Positions 25,131 through 35,396 of a stretch of 64,000 nucleotides of DNA are shown here, piece by piece. How positions within the stretch are numbered: position 1 is the first letter of the stretch; every line of letters begins with the position of its first letter. The notes beneath the pieces were generated by a model. That model saw only the letters and a program-made list of their open reading frames with translations, had not been told where the DNA came from and did no database searches. The translations under genes were made by a program, and so were the position numbers. The stretch comes from Blepharisma stoltei ATCC 30299 (taxonomy: Eukaryota; Protista; Ciliophora). The stretch lies in assembly GCA_965603825.1 (NCBI GenBank), contig CBFDEM010000044.1, positions 434,001-498,000 on the forward strand, given 5' to 3'.

Positions 25131-25871
25131 ATGGACGAATATCGATTTCCTTCAAGACATTCAGACCAAATTTCTACAGTCCAAAACCGATTAAAAGAGA
25201 AATACTCTGAAGAAATGAGTAAAACTTACCATGTCCTTATGAGCTACAACCCAAAACTGGCCAACGAAATTTTCCATCATAAATCCAGCATAGATATTTA
25301 CACAAAAAGTGCAATAAAAATCCAGAGCTTATATAGAGGATATAAAGCAAGACTATTGTACAGAGATTTACTGTATGACAACTATATGGAAGAAGTCGAA
25401 GAAACAAGGTCAAAGGAACTGCAAAGAATGGAAGAGTCTATGCTCATGATTGAAACAGCTGTTTTACAAGAAAAATTAAATGAAAAAAAGTTTTTAGTCA
25501 AGCAAAGAAGTCTAGAACAAAATTGGGCTGCAACATTAATACAAAGATGCTACAGAAAGCATAAAGGATGATCTGTGCCAAAAGAAGTGCTATGTGTTAT
25601 TGAACAAAAATCGAATGAGCTTATAATCCCAGTAGATAACCAAGGAAACAATATTATTTTGAGAATATTAACCAAAAAAGATTTGAAAAGTTTTCCTCTT
25701 GTCACTCTTTTAAGCACGCTTGATGATTTGAAAATAAAATCTGACAGTAATTTTTAATTAGAATGCGTCGAGTTGCTTACAAATACCCTCACACTAAGAG
25801 AGGAGCTCAGAGAAAGCATAGCAAAAAGCAATAAAAAGATCGAGCAAATGTTAAAACGATTGAGACATTAA
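25131..25871 (+). CDS. IQ-motif protein with C-terminal coiled coil (possibly SCHIP1-like)
   Basis: IQSLYRGYKAR, IQRCYRKH; TGA 25569-25571; intron 25747-25761; TAA at 25869-25871. Confidence 0.75.
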
Positions 25872-27111
25872 TTAAGAAAGGCTTGTAAAAAACTCCACAA
25901 TATCTCTATCTCTAAACATTGATGAAATTTCAATCACATCTTCTCTTTCCTTGAAAGCATTGCCCATCACAAGAGCTGCCTTTTTTGTGTAATTCAGTTT
26001 ATTTTGCCTTATTATCCTTTCTAAATTTTTCAATCCCAAAAATGCGTCTTCGTAAGTCATCTCTTCATACTCCTCCTGATTTCTCCACATATATCTCCCT
26101 ATCGTTATTGGTGCAAAATCCCTGCTAATATTTCTCAGCAGATCATGAACTCTATCTGCAAATTGTCCAAACTGCATTAATACTTACATCATTAAGTCTT
26201 TTGCCTGCTTCTTCACAGTTCTCATTATAAAATCTGTTAAGTTCTGCCGGGACAAAGTTAAAAGGAACTTGCATATACCCAGGAACATTTTTCGCAGAGT
26301 ACCTGGTTGATATTAATAAAGGATACTCATTTTTTTGCATTAAAATATGTGTTTGCTTTAAGTCATTAAAGCTGTTCGTGTCTGTATTTTCACCTTTTAA
26401 GGTCCAAAATGCAGCTCGGACTTGCTCAGTTGACAAATCTTCGTCTATAAATAAATTATCAAGGGATAATCCAATCCTTTCAAAATTCCTATCATATGTA
26501 TGGCTTGTAGCAGCTTCAACAGCCTGCCTAATTAATATGTTGCTTCTTCTTGATTCAAAGCCTAGAGCTGTTGGATGATATTTATTGAGCTCTCTTTCAA
26601 TAGAAAAAGATGCTTCTCTGCATTAATTTTACTCTAAAACTCGATGTCGCCTTTCTTTTATTTCCAATTCTCTGTAAATGGTCCGAATTTGCTGATGCAT
26701 ATCATATGCAATTTCGTTCTGAATAAAAATTACTCTAGCTCGTGGCCTTCTTAAGGTTTTGGGGTTAATTTCGTCAACATATTTTACTTCTTTAGGTCTC
26801 TCAATAGCCTGCAAAATATTATTAGCTGTGCTTTCCAAATGCAATTCTCTCACATTTACACCTTTAGTTTGGTTGAAAGGAAGCAAAGTTACTCTAACTT
26901 GATGATATTTATCACCTTCTATGGAAGGGACATAAAAAATAAGATTGCTTAGAGAGGCATTTTGGCCTTGTGTGATGGAATCCAAATAGCTGTTAAGTAC
27001 CGTGCATGCATTTGTGTTGGTTGATTTTATGTTTTCTGGAGCTTTTGTGAGGACATCAGGGTGAGCTAACTTATAAAACGGAGTTAAAAGAGATCTCACC
27101 TTGCTTGCCAT
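25872..27111 (-). CDS. TCAIM/DUF4460-like mitochondrial protein with J-like HPD motif
   Basis: 'LLTPFYKLAHPD...NTNACTVLNSYLD'; introns 26618-26632 and 26172-26187, possibly also 26719-26733. Confidence 0.7.
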
Positions 27112-27528
27112 TTTGTTTATTATATTTTATTTTTTGTGAGTTGCAATTTAATTTATCGTTCTTATGATCAAGCTTCACAATTTTTAGAGTCATATATATA
27201 ATATTACAAAAATAAAAATCAAAAATAAAATAATTTTTATTTAATTAGTTTGAATAAAACAAGTTCCTATTTACCACTTTATATTCAAGAAAGAAATGCT
27301 AAAATATAAATATAATACAAATTATATTCAATATTGATTCTAAATTTAGCTTACTATCTTAAATACTAAATAATTTGAATAATCTATAATTTTCCATACC
27401 CAAAAAGATGCTTTTTATACTCCAAAAAGGACCAAGGTCATACACCTAGAATTATCGGAATTTGGGCATTGGTCTTTTTAGCAAATAAATTTTCCAAACG
27501 TCACCTCAGTATAGTTTTGCACCTAAAA

Positions 27529-27536
27529 TTCTAGAA
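27529..27536. promoter_or_regulatory. Possible heat-shock element core (TTCnnGAA)
   Basis: TTCTAGAA ending 27 bp upstream of the HSP110 ATG; short motif that could be chance. Confidence 0.3.
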
Positions 27537-27563
27537 TGTGCTAAATGCATATGACAATAATAA

Positions 27564-29894
27564 ATGTCAGGAGCGGGAGCCATAGGAATCGATCTTGGTA
27601 GTCACAGCTGTGTGATTGCTGCAGTCAAAGGTGGTGGTGTAGAAATCCTAACAAACGATCTCTCCAACCGTCAAACACCTTCAGTCGTTGGATTTGGTGA
27701 TAAACAAAGATTTATTGGCGAAAGCGGATTCAGCAAGCTCAGCACAAATTTCAGAAACACAGTCCTGTTCCCAACTCGCTTTTTAGGCCTAAGTTCCAAC
27801 TATCAATACCTCCACGACGAGTCAAAGTGGCTTACAAACAAACTAGTGACTTTGGAAGATGGCCGAATCGCCCATGAAGTTCGATACCTAGGTGAAAACA
27901 TGGCTTTCACAAGTGAAAGAATTGTAGCGATGTTTCTAACTCAAATAAAAATCATATGTCAGAAAACCGGTCTCAATCCACAAGATGTTGTGATTTCAGT
28001 CCCCTGCTATTTTACAGAAACAGAAAGAAGAGCTCTTCTTGATGCAATTGCCATTTCTGACTTGACATGTGCAAGGATCATGAATGATTCGACCGCCTCA
28101 GCTTTAAGCTATGGGCTGTTCAGGAGTTCTGAGTTCACTGAAACACCTAGAGTGGTGGCACTGACTGATTTAGGCCACTCAAAGTTCACTGTTTCTATTG
28201 TCCAGTTTACTAAGGACAAATTGCAAGTCCTAACTCATGTAACTGATAGAAATCTTGGAGGAAGAGACCTTGATTGGAAAATCATGGAATTTTTCGCATC
28301 TTCTTTCGAAAAGAAACATGGAATCAACCTTTTACACAATCACCGTGCAAGATCAAAAATGTCCATTGCAGTCGAAAAACTGAGAAAAATGCTTTCTGCA
28401 AACACCGAAGCAGTGCTAAACTTAGAATATATTGTGGAAGATTTAGATTTGCATGGAGTTATGACTCGTGATGAGTTTGAAACATTGGCCGCAGGACATT
28501 TAGAGAGGATTGATGAATTGTGCAAAACTGCACTGAGAAAAGCAGGAGTAGAAAGTGTTCACTCTGTAGAAATTCTGGGAGGTGGCACAAGAATTCCTTG
28601 TGTCCAAAGAGTAATAGCTAAAGCTTTCAATGTTGAAAATGTGAGTAAAACATTGAACCCAGAAGAAGCCATTGCTCGAGGATGTGCTGTTCAGTCAGCT
28701 ATGTTAAGTCCACTCTTCAAGGTTAAAGAATTCTCAGTCCAAGATATCGTCACAATACCAATCAGCATCAAAGTTTCTTCCCTTGATATGGAAGTCGAAG
28801 TCGAGCCTGAAGTCATTTTCCCTGAAAAGAATGTTTTCCCTACCACAAAAATAATGAAACTCAGGAAAAACCAGCCTTTCAAGATGAACTTGTTTTATCC
28901 AGAGCCTTTAATTGAAGGGCTAGACCATACAGTTGCTGATTACGGAGTAATTTGTCCAGCAGAAGGCGTTGAGAATGAAGTCAAAGTTTATGTCAAAATG
29001 AATGGGCATGGAGTCGTCAACTTAGAAAAAGCTGAATTAATTGAAGAAATCATTGAGACTGAAGAAATCAAGCCTGAGGAAGCTAAGGCTGAGGAGCAAA
29101 AAGCAGGAGAAGAAAAGAAAGAGCCTTCAGTTAAGAGAAAATATAAGAGAACCAACCTCGAAATTTCTAAAGTATCGAAAGGACTCAAAGAAGAGGAGCT
29201 AAAAATGTTTATCAATGAAGAAAGAAGAATGACAAATGAAGACAGAATTGCTAAAGAAACTTCTGATAAGAGAAATGAAGTAGAAGCTTATGTTTATGAA
29301 GCTAGATCAAAGCTTAACTCCTCTCTTCAAGGCTTTGTTAGTCCTAGCAAGTTGCAAGAAATCTTAGCATTTCTTTCAGATACTGAAAACTGGGTATACG
29401 GAGATGGTGCTGACACACTTAAAAGTGTATATACTGAAAGGCTCGACAAAATGAGAGAACAAGTAGAGCCAGTCATCAGAAGATCCAACATCTTCAACTC
29501 TTACCCTCAGCTCATAAATGAGCTCCAAGACGCTTTGATATGGAGCAGACAGCAAGCTCTCTCTCCTCAAGAGCAGTTTTCTCATATCACTGAAGAAGAA
29601 AGAAATAGAATCATCGAAAAAGCCGCTGAATTTGAAAGCTGGCTTCAAGCAGCCAAAATCCAAATAGACTCAATGGTGAGACATGAAGACCCAACCATTT
29701 CTACAGAAGATTTTGTGAAGAAAACTATTCAAATCAGAGAAGTCACTAACCAGACTATGAGCAAGCCTAAGCCAGCCCCTCCAGCTCCTCCTAAAGAAGA
29801 GAAAAAAGAAGAAGCCAAGCAGCCAGAACAAACCCCTCCAGAGGCCCCTAAGAACGAAGAAGCCAAGAAGCCAGAAGACATGGAATTAGATTAA
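27564..29894 (+). CDS. HSP110/SSE-type Hsp70 family chaperone
   Basis: 'GIDLG', 'SNRQTPSVVGF', 'GGRDLD', acidic loop, 'KRNEVEAYVY', C-terminal 'MELD'. Confidence 0.95.
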   Translation: MSGAGAIGIDLGSHSCVIAAVKGGGVEILTNDLSNRQTPSVVGFGDKQRFIGESGFSKLSTNFRNTVLFPTRFLGLSSNYQYLHDESKWLTNKLVTLEDGRIAHEVRYLGENMAFTSERIVAMFLTQIKIICQKTGLNPQDVVISVPCYFTETERRALLDAIAISDLTCARIMNDSTASALSYGLFRSSEFTETPRVVALTDLGHSKFTVSIVQFTKDKLQVLTHVTDRNLGGRDLDWKIMEFFASSFEKKHGINLLHNHRARSKMSIAVEKLRKMLSANTEAVLNLEYIVEDLDLHGVMTRDEFETLAAGHLERIDELCKTALRKAGVESVHSVEILGGGTRIPCVQRVIAKAFNVENVSKTLNPEEAIARGCAVQSAMLSPLFKVKEFSVQDIVTIPISIKVSSLDMEVEVEPEVIFPEKNVFPTTKIMKLRKNQPFKMNLFYPEPLIEGLDHTVADYGVICPAEGVENEVKVYVKMNGHGVVNLEKAELIEEIIETEEIKPEEAKAEEQKAGEEKKEPSVKRKYKRTNLEISKVSKGLKEEELKMFINEERRMTNEDRIAKETSDKRNEVEAYVYEARSKLNSSLQGFVSPSKLQEILAFLSDTENWVYGDGADTLKSVYTERLDKMREQVEPVIRRSNIFNSYPQLINELQDALIWSRQQALSPQEQFSHITEEERNRIIEKAAEFESWLQAAKIQIDSMVRHEDPTISTEDFVKKTIQIREVTNQTMSKPKPAPPAPPKEEKKEEAKQPEQTPPEAPKNEEAKKPEDMELD

Positions 29895-29955
29895 ATATAG
29901 TAATATCTTCTTCATAGTTACATGAAGCACATTTTAAATAGCATTACTTGCTTCT

Positions 29956-32085
29956 TTATGACGAAAACATTTTCTTCTTCACGGCCACAGGCTGCTTCAA
30001 ACTTGGCTTTGGCAGCTTGGAAGTGCTCGATACTTCTGGCCTTGCTATTTTTCCTAAGCTTGGCCTGCTTTTAAGAGTCCCGCTTTTGCTTTGCTGCATA
30101 TCAGCCCTTGCTTTTGCAGCCAGCTCGTCAACCATTCTTTTTTTCTTTTCATCTTGTTCTCTTGACTCTTGTCCTCCTTGCTCTTCCTCAAACTTTAATT
30201 TCTTCTGCTCATTTTTCTGGGCCTCTTCGCTTTGCAGCTTATTGTTGTATTCGTCACTTTTTAAAATATTTCTTGAAGCTTGGGCGGACTCTCTGACTGT
30301 TTGCATGGGATCTTCGACGAGATTTGCTAATACGTTGTTAAGCTGAGTGATTCATTGGTTTTGAAGAGATTCACGTATTTGTGGGACCATTGTGGCGAAT
30401 TTAATGCGGACTGAGCTGACGTTATCGCTGCCAAGACGGATAGTATCTTCGGCGAAAACTAAAGAAAAAAACTGCTTTGATTGGAGAGGTAAAATATAAT
30501 CAATGAAATACAAAAATATAAGCCTATTATTGCAGCAGTTTGACCTGGCAAACTTGTCTTTTAGGATGTTACAAATATCCAGCTTTCTGGTCATGTAGTA
30601 GTTATGATACAAAATGCTTGCTAGTAGCTCAGCAGAAGAAATTTTCAATGGCCAAGTGCCTGATTGCATTTTGTAAATTAAAAGAGGAATAAATATGTCA
30701 ACGACGTCTTTCATTGGAAACTGTCTAAAAGTCTCTTTAATTTGTGATAAATAAGTTAGCTGAGTTCTCCAATTTGCAGAGTTTACGACTGCAGCAAATT
30801 TAGTTAATAGCTCTGAGGGCTGAAAATAGCATTGCCAATGGTGCATGCTTTTAAGCATAGAAAGCTGGGTTTGCGGATTTTCATATAACTGAGTAGCCGC
30901 TTTTCTTAAAATTTTACAGCTTGGGTCTTGTCTGACGATTTCATGCAGCCCAGCTGCAATAAGAACTCTGACTTCAGCTTCTTCGTCACTTGCCAGCTTG
31001 GTAACAATTGCTTTAAGATTTTTGCAAGTACCTAACGCTCAAAAAACTGCAGGAATGTTAAAAGCTAGGTTCTTCCTTACTGTTATATCTGAGTTTGCTA
31101 GCCTTGCAATAGTTTCTGTGCAGGAAGTTCTGTCTTCTTTGGTTAGTATAGATTTTATTGAAAGAAAAAGCTGACCGATATATTGAGATAGCTTAACTTG
31201 AATGCTAATGGGAATTTCTACAAAAAGCTCATTCTTTATAATAGGCATTGCCTGGACTTCTAAAAAACCATATGATAGATAAGGCAGCAACTGTATAAAG
31301 AGCCCAACTGCTTCAGCCTTCACATCAATCATAGCATCATGAACAAGCTTGACAGCTTCGAAAAAAATGAGTTCTTCAATTACAGAAGTTCCTACAACTT
31401 TTGCAATTGACTGCCAAGACCTACACATTTCTTGTCTTACATCACCATTGGTGTCTTGCGACAATGCTTTTGCCCTCTGCAAAATTTGTCCTTTGAATTC
31501 TTTTCCCAGAACTTCTGCTAGGCTGTTTAATAATTGGCAGGAAACTTGGCGTGAAATAGGTTTTTGAGTATAATCTGATAGCAGAATAATCATTGGTATA
31601 GCTTTAGATTTTATTAAATCTACTGATATCTGCGATATTAGTGAATTAAATACAGGCATCCACACTTCTAAAACTGTTCTTGAATAAAAACTTAGAAAAG
31701 TCAAGGTAAGTTCCAATGTGTCTTGGAAAAAGGACTTTGGAATATATCGCTTTTTTACAGCCGATAAAAATCCGATACCTGATGCGATCTGCATTTGCTC
31801 ATCCCAGCTCATTATGTGAGACTACATAAAAATTACAAATATTCTGCTTAGAATTCTTGATCCACCTTCTTTTATGACAATATCAAGACTATTTAATGCT
31901 CAGATTTTTTGAGGTGGAAGCCCTGACTCGAGTAATTGGACCCCTTTGTCAGCTTCTGAAAGTCCTTCTTGTGTTGACCATTGGGCAAGCTCTGCTTCTG
32001 TCTAAATATGAATTACTTTTAAGATCCCAGAGCTGCATTCAGCTTCAGGAACTGACTCGTTCATCCAGTCTAGTGAAAGATCCAT
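29956..32085 (-). CDS. HEAT-repeat PP4 regulatory subunit 4-like protein
   Basis: Introns 32002-32016 and 31822-31836; N-terminus 'LKTEAELAQWSTQEGLSEADKGVQLLESG' resembles PPP4R4; 'VRKNLAFNIPAV', 'WRTQL', 'DNVSSVRIKFA'. Confidence 0.75.
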
Positions 32086-32434
32086 TCCCTAAAAATTAAA
32101 ATGCATCTTTTACTAAAGAATTTTTGAAATAGGAACTCAGTGGTTTTATATAAAGAATTTAAGGAAGAAACTAGAGGGAAATGATATTTTATGAAATTTA
32201 GATTAAAGAATATGAAAATTGATATTTTGATGTTTATAAAGAAACTTAAAGTCAAGCTAATAAAGCCATTGATAATACACATATATTTGAGTAAAAATTC
32301 AAAATGGAAGTAAAAGCCAGCATTATAAGCAAACTGAGGAGAGTCAAGATGCTTTATTTAATATATCGTGCTGTTTAAATAATTAATTATCCAAATAATT
32401 TGATAAAATAAAATTATTTCTATTCTAATTTATT

Positions 32435-32857
32435 TTAGATATCCTCAATATTCGCTCTTTGTTGATTCGGAAGCTGGCTATCAGTTTGGCGATCTGGATT
32501 ACTTTCTTCTAATTCAGTGAAATTATTTTTAAGAAATTCAAGTGGTATCGGTTCTGAGCAGATATAGCAATGAACCGATTCTAATTCAGATATGCTTTTT
32601 CCAAACGATTCAAGATAAAATTTTAGGCATTTTGAGCACAGCTCATGGCCGCAAGGGATATTGATGTCAGCTTCTTTTTTGCACATATGGCACTTTCCAT
32701 TATTCATGACTCTATCTCCAATATAATCGAAAGCTCTGGCTGTGTTGTTAAACCCAGTTCTAGCAGCATCAGAGATAGAATCTGCACTTCTCCTTGCAAA
32801 ATTATTGATTGATCTTATAGACCTGTTCCACCAGCTGGTTTTTTCTTCTTCTGCCAT
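32435..32857 (-). CDS. C3HC4-type RING protein
   Basis: CHMC...PCGHELCSKC...CYIC. Confidence 0.8.
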   Translation of the reverse strand: MAEEEKTSWWNRSIRSINNFARRSADSISDAARTGFNNTARAFDYIGDRVMNNGKCHMCKKEADINIPCGHELCSKCLKFYLESFGKSISELESVHCYICSEPIPLEFLKNNFTELEESNPDRQTDSQLPNQQRANIEDI

Positions 32858-32879
32858 GATTTCTATATTTATAAATCTA

Positions 32880-33422
32880 TTAAATGTCTTTTTTCTTACT
32901 TAATTTATTTAACCTATTTTCCCACTCAATTAGTTGCTGATTAACGCCATTGATGACTTGGTCATATTCTTCAAGAAAATATATCAACTGCTTTTCCTTA
33001 TGGCCAAAGAGAAGGGTGAGCTCGCATTCTTTTTTTTCTAATGCGATCAGAATTTTTCTTTTTTCTGGGAGATTATGCAGAGGATCAAAGTCGAGGTATC
33101 TTTTTAGTGCTTCAATTTTTTCCATTTGCCTCGCCAACTCCCTTATCTCATTTTCGTATTTCAAAACAAATTCAGATCTCACAAACGCATTAACAAGGAG
33201 CCCTTTAACGTCTGATGCATCAAGCAGAGGGGTGAGATTTTGGACTTTTTGGACAAGGCTGGAGTCTATTCCACCGATTAATAAATTGTCGAATTCTCTT
33301 TGAAGTTTGAGGTAGGTAGAAGATACACTTTCATGCTGAGAAAGAAGACTTTTATAGTTTCCCAAGTGGTCAGATAGTGATTTGGCTCGAATTTCCAAAC
33401 TCTCAATAAGGTTAGATTCCAT
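32880..33422 (-). CDS. DCTN3: Dynactin subunit 3 (p24/p22)-like
   Basis: 'IEALKRYLD...LP...FLEEYDQVINGVNQQLIEWENRL' pattern; 180 aa helical. Confidence 0.65.
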   Translation of the reverse strand: MESNLIESLEIRAKSLSDHLGNYKSLLSQHESVSSTYLKLQREFDNLLIGGIDSSLVQKVQNLTPLLDASDVKGLLVNAFVRSEFVLKYENEIRELARQMEKIEALKRYLDFDPLHNLPEKRKILIALEKKECELTLLFGHKEKQLIYFLEEYDQVINGVNQQLIEWENRLNKLSKKKDI

Positions 33423-33538
33423 GGGCTTATATAAATATAATAAAAATTAACTATGCATTCAATAAAATTTAATAAGTTATCCACTATATATATAAAACTT
33501 TTACCTACTAATTGTATCTTATTTATTTCATTGAAAAA

Positions 33539-34453
33539 CTATAGGAAATATTCAGGTGCTGGCTTTCTTGCTGGTACTTGTCTTTCGTCTTCAGGTGCTG
33601 CTTCAAAAGTTATGAAATTTTGGTTAAGATCTGAGTCAAGCTGCATAATGGCTGCTATATTCCCACATCGATAGCAATAATTAGGAGCTGACCACACAGT
33701 TATAAGTTTATTTTCAAACATGCATTTATAGCCTTCCATAACTAGCTGGTGAGCTCTTGCTATCATTTTTATATTGTTAAGTTTGCAAAACTCTCTGACT
33801 ATGTTACCTCCAAAAACATAGCCCGCCCCTCTCGGTGACAATTCCCATCCATTAATTTCTTCAGGATCAGACCATAACAAATCGCACATTGCTCCATCAT
33901 GAGGAACTTCTTGTTTTCTATCAATTGCTCTTATCTCATCCAAAGAGCTTACAGAAGGTGACAAACCGCCATGAACACAGAAAACCTTCCCATCTATAAG
34001 TGCTCCTAAAGGTAGATAATCGAAAATTTCTGTACAATAACGCCAAACATTAGCACTTCCATACTTTCTGATGCATTCATCATAAAATCCATAAACCTGA
34101 GTAATCTGTCGCGACTCATGATTTCCTCTGATTAGCATCATCCTATCAGGATATTTCACCTTAAAGGCTAACAAAAGTAGCCAAGTTTCGACACTGAAAT
34201 ATCCACGATCCACAAAATCCCCTAAAAATATATAATTTGTTTCTGGAGGTTCTCCTCCAACTTTAAATAATTTCATGAGATCATAAAATTGTCCATGAAT
34301 ATCTCCACAGATCGTTATGGGAGAGTTTACTTTATGAACATTGCTTTCTTCGATGAGTAAATCTCTTGCTTTTGCGCATAGATCTTTAACTTCAGCTTCT
34401 TTGATGTATTCACATTGTTTGAGAAGTTCAATTTGACTGTCTAAGTCTGACAT
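33539..34453 (-). CDS. PPP4C: Ser/Thr protein phosphatase 4 catalytic subunit
   Basis: GDIHG, GDFVDRG, RGNHE; '[27 protein letters not shown]'; '[13 protein letters not shown]'; C-terminal YFL. Confidence 0.9.
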   Translation of the reverse strand: MSDLDSQIELLKQCEYIKEAEVKDLCAKARDLLIEESNVHKVNSPITICGDIHGQFYDLMKLFKVGGEPPETNYIFLGDFVDRGYFSVETWLLLLAFKVKYPDRMMLIRGNHESRQITQVYGFYDECIRKYGSANVWRYCTEIFDYLPLGALIDGKVFCVHGGLSPSVSSLDEIRAIDRKQEVPHDGAMCDLLWSDPEEINGWELSPRGAGYVFGGNIVREFCKLNNIKMIARAHQLVMEGYKCMFENKLITVWSAPNYCYRCGNIAAIMQLDSDLNQNFITFEAAPEDERQVPARKPAPEYFL

Positions 34454-35396
34454 TAATTAAATAAGCCAATATTAAGAATCGAGGTATTTAATTAGATACT
34501 AGAAAGCTATTTAGAGGAAGTATTATATGATAGAGTTATTAGAAAAATTCTGAGAAAGTGAAAAATTTTTATTTTTAGAAATGCAGTTCTAAATATAAGT
34601 CTAATTAGCTAAAAATTCACTAATTTATATATCTATATAAGTGAGAAACTTTTATATCCTTTAAATTAACCTTAGCATCTTAAAATGACATATAGTTCCT
34701 GATCCAGTTAGCATGGCTAACTTGTAAATGCTCAAAGAAAAACATATTAAACTATTGTCTCTGAAAAACACTAATTAAAATATATATCATTTTATTGGAG
34801 AGAGTTAAATATTAGGATTTTTTTTTTATAAAGATTAAATTATTGAACTTTTAAACTCTAAAACCGCAGTATATATTCCATCTTGACATATTTTATTATA
34901 ATGAGTCTTCTACTTCGAATAATTATTTTTTTTATTAATACTTAAGCTGATTAACCCAATGAATTGGATTCCCCATAAACTTAAGCAGATAAAGCCGAAC
35001 TTCTAATCAGATATACAAGAGAAAAGTTTATTAGCCTGAGACAGAAAAATTAACCTATGCATTAAATAGAGCTCAAGTATTTTCAATTTATAAAATTGAT
35101 AAACAGGTCAGAAAGTCTAATTCAATCCTTTATAAGCATTTTATAAAGAAGATAAGTTGCATTTTATTATTCACTAGTGTAAGTCATCTAAAAAAAAGCT
35201 AAATCAATCAGAACATTTTGGTTTAAAAAATTTTAATAAAAATGACAAAATAATTTCCAAAAGGTCATTCGAAACTTGCTTCAACCATTTCTAATTTCAA
35301 CCATTATTACCTGTATGGTAATAAATTTTGAATATTTATTCTCTTAAATGTTGTGGTGTTTTTTAGAATAAGCCACATCTGTGAGATAAATTCGTA

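Noticed and set aside
32089-32104. GC-AG 16-mer splitting an ATG upstream of the PP4R4-like gene
   Set aside because: The spliced ATG would be out of frame with the CDS; non-canonical donor
34706-34722. Short hairpin agttagc-atg-gctaact
   Set aside because: A 7-bp stem is expected by chance in 64 kb; no RNA-gene context
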